Source of the DNA: Squalus acanthias | Taxonomy: Eukaryota | NCBI GenBank assembly: GCA_030390025.1 | Contig: CM059433.1 | Span: 11,224,001-11,288,000, forward strand | Direction: 5' to 3' | DNA: 64,000 bases | In this document: piece after piece, positions 49,149-61,562 of the stretch | Layout of the letters: each line of letters opens with the position of its first letter | Position numbering within the stretch: the stretch's first letter is position 1 | Translations under genes and position numbers: made by a program | Notes under the pieces: generated by a model | What the model was told of the DNA's origin: nothing | What the model saw: the letters and a program-made list of their open reading frames with translations, nothing else | Database searches by the model: none

Positions 49149-49759
49149 CGCAAATAATGTCATAATAGGTCAATCACTGATGCCAAAACAGTTCCAAGCC
49201 ACTGACTGGAACAATATATCCTAAATAAAGTCCTTCTATCACAGATAGTGCACACTATTCAACCGATCAGCTTACAAAAATTGACTCCTACCTATCTTTT
49301 CTTTTTCCCCACAGTGCAGACTGTGGTAAGAAAATCCATCTATGAATCTTGCTTTGACAGTTGCCTTCACAGGGGAGAGGGTGGGGAATCTTCCTGTGTG
49401 ATCCTGCCTTGAGTTGGGTGGGATCACAGTGCACAATAATGGAAAATTCAGGTGGCGAGGCCGACCATCCCACCGGGACTTTCCCTCCCCCTTCTACTCC
49501 TTCCCCGCCTGCCACATTCCATTGATGTCAGTGACGTTACTGGAATGGCAGAAAGACAAGGGGACTAAACATGTTTGTTCAAGTGAGAATTAAAGAAAAA
49601 AAATCTTTATTTCTTCAGAAAAAACCCACATTCATTCATTTTGTGAAGCCATCGTACAGTCCAATCACATGCAGGAGGAAACACTGGCACATTGAGGTTG
49701 CTGGTACAGCTGTGTACACACTGGGATAATATACTGTTTGTAGGTAAAATATTTTTTGA

Positions 49760-50060
49760 TAACGCTACCCACCCTTGGTAGATGAGACCTAGCAGAATGT
49801 AGCCACAAGGGCATGTTCCTACACACATTCTGGTCCTGCCCCACCCTCCAGCTCTTCTGGACAGAGGTGGTGGAAGCCACGGAAGCTTTGACAGGTCTGG
49901 CCATCCCGCTGAACCCAAGCCCGCGCAAACTCAACCTACTCCCGGCTGGACAAGCAACCCCGCTCACTTGCAAGCTCACACGGGTCTCACTCCCGACAGC
50001 AAGAAAATGCATCCCCCTCTGTTGTGGCGCAGTCCTAAACCCTCTACAATAAATAAATGG
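49760..50060 (+). mobile_element. L1-clade ORF2 C-terminal (zinc-knuckle region) remnant
   Basis: FLHTFWSCPTLQLFWTEV...ARKCI resembles the fish L1 HxFWxC motif. Confidence 0.65.
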
Positions 50061-50684
50061 TTTAGGCGTATGTGGGACATTTTTGCCAGTCAGAGAGAGT
50101 AATGCATGGGCTGCACACAGAGCTGAGGAATCACCAGGAGATATGTGGTTGCTTCCTGTGGGCCAGCCTCCCACCCGAAGTTTCTCCAATCAGGCCAGCC
50201 TGAGGACTACGTACAGAGCAGAGAGACCCAGGTCGCCTGCATAATGCCTTCAAGGACTGATTTCCGTTATAGCCAGATGAAGAACCTCACCCTTTTCCTG
50301 CAAATCCCCAACAACCCCTGACAAAGGATGGCCCAGCCTCGTTACCGAACACTCCTTACTGCATCCATCTGCAAGTACTGCGCAATGTGTACTATAGTAT
50401 GTATGCTGTATGAAATCATGTTTCTTATTATGGATTCTTAGGCCGGGAATTTCCTCAGGGGTTCTCAATTCGCCACCATAACTTCAGCAAAAGATCGGCG
50501 AAAACCCGGTTGCCATTGATCTTCTGCCAAAGTTCCAGTGGCCAAACAAGACAACCCCCAAGGAAATTCCTGACGTTACAGTTTGACCACAAATGACATT
50601 GAACTGATTTTCTCTCTCTTCTTGAACAAAGGTCTTACATTAGCTGCTCTGCAGTCCCAAGGCACAATTTGCATATTTAAAATG

Positions 50685-50962
50685 TCCAAAAATGTGCGGG
50701 TTAGGTTGATTTGGCTATGATAAATTGACCCTTAGTGTTAGGGGGGGATTAAATATGTGGGGTTATGGGGATAGGATGGGATATGTTAGGGGGAATTAAA
50801 TACGTGGGGTTACGGGGGTCGGGTGGGATATGTGTACTGTGGGGATTAAAGCAGGGACAGGGTACTGGACTTGGATGATCAGCCATGATCGTATTGAATG
50901 GTGGAGCAGGCTCGACGGGCCGAATGGCCTACTCCTGCTCCTAGATTCTATGTTTCTATGTC
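50685..50962 (+). mobile_element. V-domain SINE (HE1-like) 3' part
   Basis: Reverse complement of 18428-18730. Confidence 0.78.
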
Positions 50963-51952
50963 TATAAAAGGAGGAATAAAAAATTATGGCCAGATCTGTG
51001 CTACCTCACTTCTGATATCTTTCAACAGCTGAAGGTGCATGCCATCAGGTGCATATGACTTATCCACCTCGAGCTCTGCTAATTTGTTTTAGCGCTAATT
51101 CATTTTCTACAGTTATCACTTACTTTTACTCGATCCCGGGTGCTCCACATCACAACACTTCACTTTGGAGGACACTGTCTCAAAAAGAACCAAGAGGTTG
51201 ATCAAGGGATCTTGCCCTTATGAATCCATGCTGGCTGCCATTTGACTCGTTTATCATGATACAGGTGAGCCTCAAGTCTACTCCTGATAGTTAATTCCAT
51301 TCCTTCACCCAGTATTGATTTGAGATTGGTGGGTCTGTCGTTATTCGGGTTCTTTTGGTCCCCTTTTTTGAAACTGGGTCCCACGTTAGCTTCCAATACA
51401 AAAGGCAGCTCTTGTTTCTCTCTCCACAGATGCTGCCTGACCTGCTGAGTATTTCCAGCATTTTCTGTTTATATCCCATGTTAGCTTGTTTTTGTGCTCA
51501 GTATTCGGAAATCAAAGTAATGAAAAGGCTGGTGTAATAATGAGGTGCTGTTTCCAGCTGTCTGTCACATGTTTTAATACATTATATTGTATTAATAAAT
51601 ACGCTAATACCATTACTGGAAACTAGTTGTGTAATCAAATCTTGTGGCAGAACGTCAATACCTCATCAACTTTTATTTTTATTATGCTGACAGAATTTCC
51701 AATCTGGGGACCTTTGATCCTTTCTGTACTGTCCAATTGGAATGCCAATCATCCATTGAACACTTAGGGATAGAAATTAGCCAGAGCACTATTTTAACAA
51801 CACTTTGGTTAACATGCTCTGGTAAAATTCCTAAGTGTACACGGTTAACACCTTTACTAAAATAGCGCTCATAGGCATTTTATTTGAACATGTTAACTAA
51901 CTTTCGTCAAAAATAGTATTCGACCCAATTTCTGCCTCTTATTGAGCTATAA

Positions 51953-52468
51953 AGCCTAGAAATTACTGTTTGCCAATATTCACAGGTAGGTGCTGAACAC
52001 ATTCTTATGAATTTCCTTCATTCTCTTGTCTGCTATTTTAACAGAGGGATTAATCCATTTTAAATAAGTGGGTTACACCTGCGCTAAAATAGCAGACAGA
52101 GGAACGTCACATGACCTTGTGTCACATAAGAACATAAGAAATAGGAGCAGGAGTCGGCCATTCGGCCCCTCGAGCCTGCTCCGCCATTCAATAAGATCAT
52201 GGCTGATCTTCTACCTCATATCCACTTTCCTGCCCGATCCCCATATCCCTGGATTCCCTTAAGATTCAAAAATCTACCGATCTCTGTCTTGAATATACTC
52301 CATGACTGAGCCTCCACAGCCCTTTGGGTAGAGAATTCCAAAGATTCACCACCCTCTGAGTGAAGAAATTTCTCCTCATCTCAGTCCTAAATAGCCAACC
52401 CCTTATTCTGAGACTGTGACCCCGGTCACATTCATTCACTTATATCACCAACAGGAATTTCTAGGCTA
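51953..52468. mobile_element. Small MITE with a nested CR1 3' end (-; about 52128-52424)
   Basis: TIR AGCCTAGAAATT / AATTTCTAGGCT. The CR1 is flanked by TSD GTCACAT. Confidence 0.75.
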
Positions 52469-52579
52469 TGTCATATATTGACATATAGCTGGACCATATG
52501 CCTAGATAATATTAATTATAGTTGTCACGAATAAAAAGACAGTGCAATTAAAAAAACTGTCTGACATTGGATTATTAAT

Positions 52580-53332
52580 GGGCCGGATTTTCCAACCCCC
52601 ACGGGTGCATACGAGCTGTGTACGCACCCATAGGGGCCTCGCAAGTGCCGGGTTTAGGCGCGCGAGGCGCATGCGCTGAAACCCAGTATTTCCGTTCTGT
52701 CAAGAATCCTCTCGACAGATCCTCCGCCTGCCTGGGACAAGGGCCTCTGCGGGTGGAGTTCCGCTTTCTGCACAACTTCCGCCCACTGAAAACCTTTAAA
52801 AATCTTACGTCTGGTAAAAGCAAGCGTAAGGCCTGCTTTTACCAGCACAAGAGTTTAAAAAAATAAAAAATGTTTTCGCTCATTTATAATTTAAAAATAC
52901 TTTTTCTTAAAAGTTGTTTATTTTTAGCCCTGTAAAAAACTTTAATTATATTTTACAAAAAATTTAATTTTTGTTTAAAATATTTAATTTAATGTAATTT
53001 TAAATAGGTGATTTAAAAAAAAAAAATATTTAATGTTTAACTATGTTTTTTAAATGATCCCCATTCATACTTTTGACAGGTGTATGCATAGAGACCTGTC
53101 AGAAGTGTGAAGGGGGATTCCCTTCTTTGATTGGTTCCCCATGGCCCACGTGATCTCAGAGACGCTTGCGAACCGCCTGCGCCCCTGGGATACCTGGGCC
53201 TCTGCGCATTTCGGAGAGGAGAGGCCCAGGATCGCAAGCCTCGGGACCTACGGAACCAGCAGGTAAGTGCCTAGATTTTTTCCGATCGGAGGCATCCGCA
53301 CGCACGAAGCCTCCAGTCGGAAAATCTGGCCC
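52580..53332. mobile_element. Harbinger-type MITE (family B)
   Basis: TIR GGGCCGGATTTTCC / GGAAAATCTGGCCC. Confidence 0.85.
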
Positions 53333-54482
53333 CATATTTTCAATGCGTGAATTTGAATTCATATATATATAAATCTTTACTTTAGTAACTCTCTCTCACA
53401 AGATAAATACAGATGAGGCAGTCTATTTAGCCCATCTTAGCTCATCCATCCAGGAAGACCTTACAGTCCCACCATCACAGCATCCAACGGTTTCCTAAAT
53501 GAAAGGGAGAAAGTGGAACACAGGCATTTTGGCCGCATGACACAGACGCCAGAACTGGCCACTATATCATGTGGATACGATTTAAATCTTCCATCTATCT
53601 TTTTCCACAGTTGTCAGCTCAGTCTGCATCAGCAAAACCAACACACTGAATTCATTTGTTACACCAATAAATAAGGAGAAGCTCCAGATAGACTGTATGA
53701 ATTTCACCAAATACTGCAAAGGGGGTCATTTCTGTGTGGGCTATCGTTTCTGACTTTTTGGTCATAAAAATTAAACCATGACAAATGTTCCGGTCACGCC
53801 TATTATGAACTGGCACCGAAATGGGCAGCCATAAAACTGAAGCATCACAAAACTTGTTAAATTTTTGTTGGAGCAATTCAGCCTTGCAAAAATGATCCCC
53901 TTCGCATGAATACATACTTTGTCACTTAACTATTCCTTCTAAGAAGTTATAAGGTATTGAATAACCTTAAATGTTCCAGTAGAGGCAGTTTGCAGCTACA
54001 TCCAATCTCTGTTACCATCGCTTTGTTGTGTGTGAAGATCAGGCCCGATTCGTTCATTTGTTTTCTAGATGGTTCTTGTTCAGTTTAATTTAGACTTTTG
54101 GTAACTTTCTTCAACTGCTCAAGAGGTTAATCACTCAGTTATCTACAATGTACCATTATAGTCAAATCTGACATATGCTAAAGAATCTTGCCAGATACCG
54201 TACCATGTTTATACTACAGTATATAGGCCAACCATCACCATTTTATGCTAACAACCAGAATTTTAACCCATGTATCTGTTTGTGATATGCAACAAAACAA
54301 AAACAAAAAAAAATCAGCTTTTCTTAAACTGAGGTTTGAACTTATCAAATCAATTTGAGAGTGGGACTGGAGATTATCAATCAATCCATCAAATTGGCTG
54401 GAGGATGGGACTGGAAACGAACAAAATCTATCAGATGCCATTTTAACTGCCAGGTCTCATTTAAATCCCGTTGATTGACTTA

Positions 54483-56058
54483 CATAAGAACATAAGAACA
54501 TAAGAAATAGGAGCAGGAGTAGGCCAATCGGCCCCTCGAGCCTGCTCCGCCATTCAATAAGATCATGGCTGATCTGATCCTAACCGCCAATCTACTATCT
54601 ATCACAGAACCATCTCCTGCATCTAACAGAATTGCACACACGAAATAGGAGCAGAATCAGGCTACACAGTCCCTGGGCCCGCTCCACTACCCACAGGGCC
54701 ATGACCGATCCGAACCTAGACTCATGTCCAAATTCCTGCCCGCTCCCCGTAACCCTTAATGCCCTTTACTTCTAGGAAACTGTCTATTTCTGTTTTAAAT
54801 TTAATTAATGTTGTAGCTTCTACAGCTTTTTGTGGCAGCATATTCCATGGACCTACCACCCTCTGAGTGAAGTAGTTCCTCCTCATCTCAGTTTTGAAAG
54901 AGCAGCCCCTTATTCTAAGACTATGTCCCCTAGTTCTCGTCTCACCCGTCATCGGGAACATCCTCCCCGCATCCACCCGATCCAACCCCTTCACAATCTT
55001 ATATGTTTCAATAAGATCGCCTCTCATTCTTCTGAACTCCAATGAGTAGAGTCCCAATCTACCCAACCTCTCCTCATATGACCACCCCCTCATCCCCGGG
55101 ATTAACCGAGTGAACCTTTTTTGCACTGCCTCGAGAGCAAGGATGTCTTTCCTTAAGTAAGGACACCAAAACTGTATGCAGTATTCCAGGTGCGGTCTCA
55201 CCAATACCTTGTACAACTGAAGCAATACCTCCCTATTTTTATATTCTATCCCCCTAGCAATGAAAGCCAACATTCCATTTGCCTTCTTAATCACTTGCTG
55301 CACCTGCATACTAACCTTTTGAGTTTCGTGCACCAGGACCCCCAGATCCCTTTGCACTTCAGTACTCTCCAGTTTCTTGCCATTAAGATAATAAATTGCT
55401 CTAGGATTTTTCCTGCCAAAGTGCATCACCTCACACTTTCCAGTGTTGTATTCCATCTGCCAAATCTCTGCCCACTTACTTAGCCTGTCTATGTCCCCTT
55501 GCAGGTTTTTTATGTCCTCCTCACTCACTACTTTCCCTCCCATCTTTGTATCATCTGCAAATTTTGATATGTTACACTTGGTCCCTTCCTCCAAATCGTT
55601 AATATAGATTGTGAAGAGTTGGGGACCCAGCATTGACCCCTGTGGAACACCACTAGTTACTGATTGCCAGTCTGAGAATGAACCATTTATCCCAACTCTT
55701 TGCTTTCTGTTAGATAGCCAATCCTCTATCCATGCCAGAATATTACCCCCAATCCCGTGATTTTTTACCTTAAGCAATAATCTTTTGTGTGGCACCTTGT
55801 CAAATGCCTTTTGGAAGTCTAAATACACTACGTCCACTGGTTCCCCTTTATCCACTCTATATGTTACTTCCTCAAAGAACTCCAGCAAATTTGTCAAACA
55901 TGACTTCCCCTTCGTAAAACCATGCTGACTTTGTCCTATTAAATTATGATTATCCAAATGTCCTGTTACTGTTTCCTTAATAATGGACTCCAAAATTTTA
56001 CCTACCACAGATGGTAGGCTAACCGGTCTATAGTTACCAGCCTTCTGTCTACTTCCCG
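54483..56058 (-). mobile_element. Young 5'-truncated CR1 LINE
   Basis: Open ORF2, 3'UTR and (TTCTTATG)n tail. Confidence 0.95.
54722..56008 (-). CDS. CR1 ORF2 reverse transcriptase fragment (428 aa open frame)
   Basis: QHGFTKGKSCLTNL, YLDFQKAFDKVPH, GVPQGSMLGP, SKFADD. Confidence 0.92.
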   Translation of the reverse strand: MVGKILESIIKETVTGHLDNHNLIGQSQHGFTKGKSCLTNLLEFFEEVTYRVDKGEPVDVVYLDFQKAFDKVPHKRLLLKVKNHGIGGNILAWIEDWLSNRKQRVGINGSFSDWQSVTSGVPQGSMLGPQLFTIYINDLEEGTKCNISKFADDTKMGGKVVSEEDIKNLQGDIDRLSKWAEIWQMEYNTGKCEVMHFGRKNPRAIYYLNGKKLESTEVQRDLGVLVHETQKVSMQVQQVIKKANGMLAFIARGIEYKNREVLLQLYKVLVRPHLEYCIQFWCPYLRKDILALEAVQKRFTRLIPGMRGWSYEERLGRLGLYSLEFRRMRGDLIETYKIVKGLDRVDAGRMFPMTGETRTRGHSLRIRGCSFKTEMRRNYFTQRVVGPWNMLPQKAVEATTLIKFKTEIDSFLEVKGIKGYGERAGIWT

Positions 56059-56276
56059 CCCAGAACTGGTGGGATGTTGGCGGGAAGCAGTGGAAAATTG
56101 TGCTCGGCGTTTGGGGGTGGGCTCAGCTTCCGGGGCCGCCGCACGTTCGGGAAGGGGAGGAATCCGTGCAGGGAAGGCCTAAACTACCCTAAGCACCAGC
56201 CCACACACAGCCACTTCCTCGCGAGGTACAGACAACCGCCTTGAATTTCCTCGCGGTTCTACCAATCTCCCACCAT

Positions 56277-56328
56277 AACTTGGATGGAGATCCTGGTGGA
56301 AACTTGGATGGAGATCCTGGTGGAAACT
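56277..56328. repeat. Tandem duplication of a 24-bp unit
   Basis: AACTTGGATGGAGATCCTGGTGGA occurs twice in tandem. Confidence 0.9.
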
Positions 56329-57452
56329 GTAAACGGCTGGGAGGGAGGAGGGGGCGGGGGGGGCTCTGCCAGTCTTCTGACGAAGTTGTGGTGGGTGGTC
56401 AAGAGAACCCTCCCCATGGAAATTCCAGGTGAATGAGTGGGACGCGAGGCCACTGGTGACTTGCTGAGCGGAGGTGATGAAGAGGGAGAGAGGTGGAGCT
56501 TCACGAGGACCAGACTATCGGCCCAGCGTGCCGAGTGTCTCTCGGAAGTTAGCTCAGTCTTGGTTGTTTCCTGCTTCTCCATTCCAGCGAAGGATGGCAC
56601 ACCCCTGGATCATGTTGAGAAGTATCTAGAATACATGCTCATATTTCAGGAAAGGATTACACCGAATTACAAGGATGTTTTACACCACACGGGGGTGAAA
56701 TTGGACATGGACGGGGACTCAAAACAGGCAGAATCACATTTGCTGACGGTTGTAGGAGTTGCCCGATATTCAGTTCTATCGAGGTCAATGGAACTACATA
56801 TCGGGCGGAGAGTATAACGGGCTTTGACTTTTTATTACGAATCTGCCATAGAAGCGGGGAAGAGCACCAATGTCAAATGCAATGGTCATCGCAGTAACAT
56901 AAAGTATAAAATCCAAAGGCGAAAGAATCGATGGAATGAAAATCGTGGGTGCCACACACCTGAATTCCCAACTGATGCTGCCTGTGCGTAAAGTACTGTG
57001 TTGGGAATACTAATGGTGAGAATTTATCCCTGAAGAAGCATAAGAGCAGAGGCAGATGAGACCCAGCTTTAGGAAGCTGTCTGTAAATCCATTTCTTGTT
57101 AAGCAGCAAAGTTGCTGAACAGATGAACAAATAGTCAGCAAAAAAAAAACACAGAAATAGCAGCAAACAAACATAGCAGCTCGGGCAGACACATCTTCTG
57201 ACAGCTCCAGGGTTATTTGCAATTTCTGAAGTAGTCTCTGGCTGTTTATTCTGGCAAGGCAAATCACTACGCATTACATTTTGGACATTCAGCCAGTGCT
57301 CATAATAAGCAATTGAAAATCTCAGAATGGGCCATATCTATGGGAACAGGTCAGTTGCTATCTGCTCCAGAATGCTCCATCGATATAGACACGCAAAAAT
57401 ACATAATAGGCCGGGGTGGGTAATAACAGCAAACTGACCGCAACTTTAGAAT

Positions 57453-58392
57453 TGTCAGACTGTTTGTCTGACATCCAGTTCTGGATGAGCAAAAATTTTC
57501 TCCAATTAAATATTGGGAAGACCGAAGCCATTGTTTTCGGTCCCCGCCACAAACTCGTTCCCTAGCCACTGACTCCAACCCTCTCCCTAACATCTGTCTG
57601 AGGCTGAACTACACTGTTCGCAACCTTGGTGTCATATTTGACCCTGAAATGAACTTCTGACCACATATCCACAGCATAACAAAGACCGCCTACTTCCACC
57701 TCCGTAACATCACCCGTCTCCGCCCTTGCCTCAGCTCATCCGCTGCTGAAACCCTCATCCATGCCTTTGTTACCTCTAGACTTGACTATTCCAACGCACT
57801 CCTGGCTGGCCTCCCATGTTCTACCCTACGTAAACTTGAGGTCATCCAAAGCTCGGCTGCCCGTGTCCTAACTCGCACCAAGTCCCGTTCACCCATCACC
57901 CATGTGCTCGCTGACCGACATTGGCTCCCGGTTAAGCAACGCCTCGATTTCAAAATCCTCATTCTTGTTTTCAAATCCCTATTTGGCCTCGCCCCTCCTT
58001 ATCTCTGTAATCTCCTCTAGCCCCACAACCTCCCCCCACCCCGCCCCCCCCCCCCCCCCCCCACCGAGATATCTGCGCTCCTCTAATTCTGCCCTCTTGA
58101 GCATCCCTGATTATAATCGCTCAACCTTTGGTGGCCGTGCCTTCTGTTGCCTAGGCCCTAAGCTCGAATTCCCTGCCTAAACCTCTCCGCCTCACTACCT
58201 CTCTTTCCTCCTTTAAGACGCTCCTTAAAACCTACCTCTTTGACCAAGCTTTTGGTCACCTGCACTAATTTATCCTTATGTGGCTCAGTGTCAAATTTCT
58301 TGTCTTGTAATACTCCTGTGAAGTGCCTTGTGACGTTTTACTATGTTAAAGGCGCTATATAAATGCAAGTTGTTGTTGTTGATGATGTTGAT
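57453..58392 (+). mobile_element. L2 LINE 3' kilobase
   Basis: LQLNIGKTEAIVFG, ETLIHAFVTSRLDYSNALLAGLP, HITHVLADRHWLPV; tail AAAGGCGCTATATAAATGCAAG(TTG)n. Confidence 0.92.
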
Positions 58393-58557
58393 GTAGCGCA
58401 TCCTAATGCAGAAATCCTGTCATTCACTGCTCCAACACTGGCCCCATCCCCCCATAGTCGCCAATCAGTGTAATCAGGGGAAAATCAGTGAAACTGCCAA
58501 AAGCTTGGGCTTTTCCGCGGTAATATCGCTGTTAAATACCCCATTAAAAGTTAAACC

Positions 58558-59022
58558 CGAACCCGAAACGTTGAATCTGTTTCTCTCTCCACGATGCTGC
58601 CTGACCTGCTGAGTATTTCCAGCACTTCCTGTTGTTATTTCAGATTTCCAGCATCTGCAGTATTTTGCTATTGTATTAGTGTTTGGTTCACTGCCACTTC
58701 TCCTCTAGGAATGCCCACCTTGAAGAAGTTCTGCTCTTGTCTCCGACAGGACCTCTCCTTTTGCCTTGCACCATCATCCCTTTTGTCATTCAGTCTCTCC
58801 TGCCTTCCATCCTATCACAGACCTTCCCTTTGTTCTTTCCTCCCCTCCTCCCTGCCCTGCTTAAAAATCTCTCCTCCCCAACCTTTTCCAGTTCTGACGA
58901 AGGGTTCAACCTGAAACGTTAACTCCGTTTCTCTCTCCACGGATGCTGCCTGGCCTGCTGAGTGTTTCCAGCACTTTCTGTTGTTGCTTCAGATTTCCAG
59001 CATCCGCAGTATTTTGCTATTG
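58558..59022 (+). mobile_element. Non-autonomous Penelope-derived element with a 348-nt periodic (partial tandem) structure
   Basis: About 110-bp direct repeats starting GAAACGTT at 58565 and 58913. Hammerhead-like core at 58890-58924. 13-bp TSD TAAAAGTTAAACC at 58545-58557 and 59023-59035. Host is MITE-like (about 58405-59538). Confidence 0.85.
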
Positions 59023-60257
59023 TAAAAGTTAAACCTTGCTGGATTCGGTGTAACTGGGGTTTTAACAGCGTATTGACTGCTAAACAAACGTTATGGCCCT
59101 GAAAAACGAATTTTAATTTTGTGGAGTGTCAAATTTCTCCATTATAATAAAAGTTACAATTTTTTAAGAAACTTAAAAAAAATTGTACTTTTTTAAAGTT
59201 TGTTCATATTATTTCAGGTTTATCTTTTCTCCAATGTGAGAGCCCCAATCTTTGTTTTGCTCTCTAACATTTTATAAAAAGTCAGAATAAAAAAGGAGCT
59301 TCTTCACTTCCTGGTTCCCTGTCTGTGAGAATTTTGCATTGCGATTGGCTGCTTAGACAAGCTTGTCGACATCACAGCAGCTCGCGCGATGGAATTCCCA
59401 CTACACTGCGCTGTTCTCAATTGAACGCTGGAAAAGCCAAACTACTCGGCACAGAGATCGCCAGACTTTTGTGGAAAGCTTTCATCGGGGCCAGCGGTGA
59501 ATGCCTTTGCTTCGCCACTGATCACAAATTAAGGGCCATCGACAACACACAATGTAAAATGTATCAGGGTACATTGGTATTAAAGGAAAGGACAAGTCAG
59601 TTAGTATATTGTAACTGTTACTGATGGCTTTTAACTCCATTAGTTGCAGTATATGAGAAGATTAGGATGTCTTACAGTATTTCTGTGCAATTAGAGAAGG
59701 AGATTAATCAATATGATCACCGACAGGTATATTCATCTGGATTCTTTTGGATTCTGTACCAACGAGCTCCTATAACTCAGCATGTAGAGGAATCTGTTAT
59801 GAAACACATGCCCTTAGGGCGTTGTAACTGTAAAAAAAGAAAGAAAAGCAATAAAATGTTAATCACAAAATGACAGAGAGTTATTTTGCTGAGTGTCTAG
59901 CAGTGTGGACTATTCGTTTTGTATGTCTGAATGTTCTTACAATACAAGATAAAAAGATCAACAGCACTGTGATTCCCAGAAAAGTAGTGAGAACAGTTTC
60001 TGTGTCCTTGTAGTATCAAATAAACTACCCTCAGAAACATATATTCCTGGTACTTAATTGTGTTCCAACTGCAATTCCATAAAAGACAGCTGTCGGAAAC
60101 ATTTTAAATCATGAAATCACCCTGGCCAAACAGGAATGACATTTACACCAGTCAGGGGACACTTTGAACAACAGAGAATGGCTGTGAATACATTCCAATA
60201 AGGATAACTCTTGTTTTATTACACATGTAGTTCTGTTGGGCCCCCGGCACCGGCCGG

Positions 60258-60906
60258 AATGTTGGCCTTTATTGCAAGGGGGTTGGAGTATAAAAGCAGC
60301 TAAGTCCTGCTACAACTGTACAAGGTATTGGTGAGACCACACCTTGAGTACTGCGAACAGTTTTGGTCTCCTTAGTTAAAGGAAGGATATACTTGCATTG
60401 GAGGCAGTTCAGAGACGATTCACTCGGTTAATTCCAGAGATGAGGGGGTTGACTTATGAAGAAAGGTTGAGCAGGTTGGGGCCTATACTCATTGGAATTT
60501 AGAAGAATGAGAGGTAATCTTAATGAAACATAAGATACTGAGGGGGCTCGACAAGGTAGATGCAGAGAGGATGTTTCCCCTCGTGGGGAAATCTAGAACG
60601 CGGGGGCATAGTTTCAGAATAAAGGGTCGCCCTTTTAGAACTGAGATGAGGAGGAATTTCTTCTCTCAGAGGGTCGTAAATCTGTGGAATTCTCTGCCCC
60701 AGAGAGCCGTGGAGGCTGGGTCATTAAACACATTTAAGGTGGAGATAGACAGATTTTTGCAAGATAAGGGAGTGAAGGGTTATGGGGAGCGGGCAGGGAA
60801 GTGGCTTTGAGCCCTAGATCAGCCATGATCTTATTGAATGGCGGAGCAGGCTCGAGGGGCCAAGTGGCCTATTCCTGCTCCTATTTCTTATGTTCTTACG
60901 TTCTTA
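60258..60906 (+). mobile_element. CR1 LINE 3' fragment
   Basis: LVRPHLEYC...RTRGHSFRIKGRPFRTEMRRNFFSQRVV. Confidence 0.9.
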
Positions 60907-61067
60907 TCCCAATTGTGTTGAAATATGGAGCTCCCAGCTGGTTCTGGGCCTGACCCTGAAAGATCACCAGTACGGGATGGGCAATTGTTTGCCCACATCG
61001 CTTTTAATGGGAGAAAGACTCAGGAATCACAGTTAAAGGTTCCTTATGAGACCTGAAGGGAAGGTTA

Positions 61068-61562
61068 AAAGAAAGACTTGCATTTATATAGCACCTTTCA
61101 CGACCACCGGACGGTACCTCCAACGGTGCAGCACTCCCTCAGCGCTTTACAGTCAATGAAGTACTTCTGAAGTGGAGTCACTGTTGTGATGTGGAAAACG
61201 CAGCAGCCAATTTGCGTACAGCAAGCTCCCACAAACAGCAATGTGATGATGACCAGATAATCTGTTTTTTTTTGTTATGTTGATTGAGGGATAAATGTTG
61301 GCAAGGACACCGGGGATAACTCCCCTGCTCTTCTTCGAATTAGTGGCCATGGGATCTTTTACATCCACCTGAGAGAGCGGACGGGGGCCTCGGTTTAATG
61401 TCGCATCGGAAAGACGGTACCTCCAACGGTGCAGCACTCCCTCAGCACTGCACTGGGAGTGTCAGCCTAGATTTATGTGCTCAAGTCCCTGGAGTGAGAC
61501 TTGAACCCACAACCTTCTGACTCAGAGGCGAGTGTGCTACCAACTGAGCCATAGCTGACACA
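61068..61562 (-). mobile_element. Full-length SacSINE1-like SINE with an internal templated insertion
   Basis: Complete SINE; 61110-61143 duplicates 61414-61446. Confidence 0.9.

Noticed and set aside
53650..53990. Possible piggyBac-like transposase remnant on -
   Set aside because: Only a vague motif resemblance with many stops; not supportable without a search.
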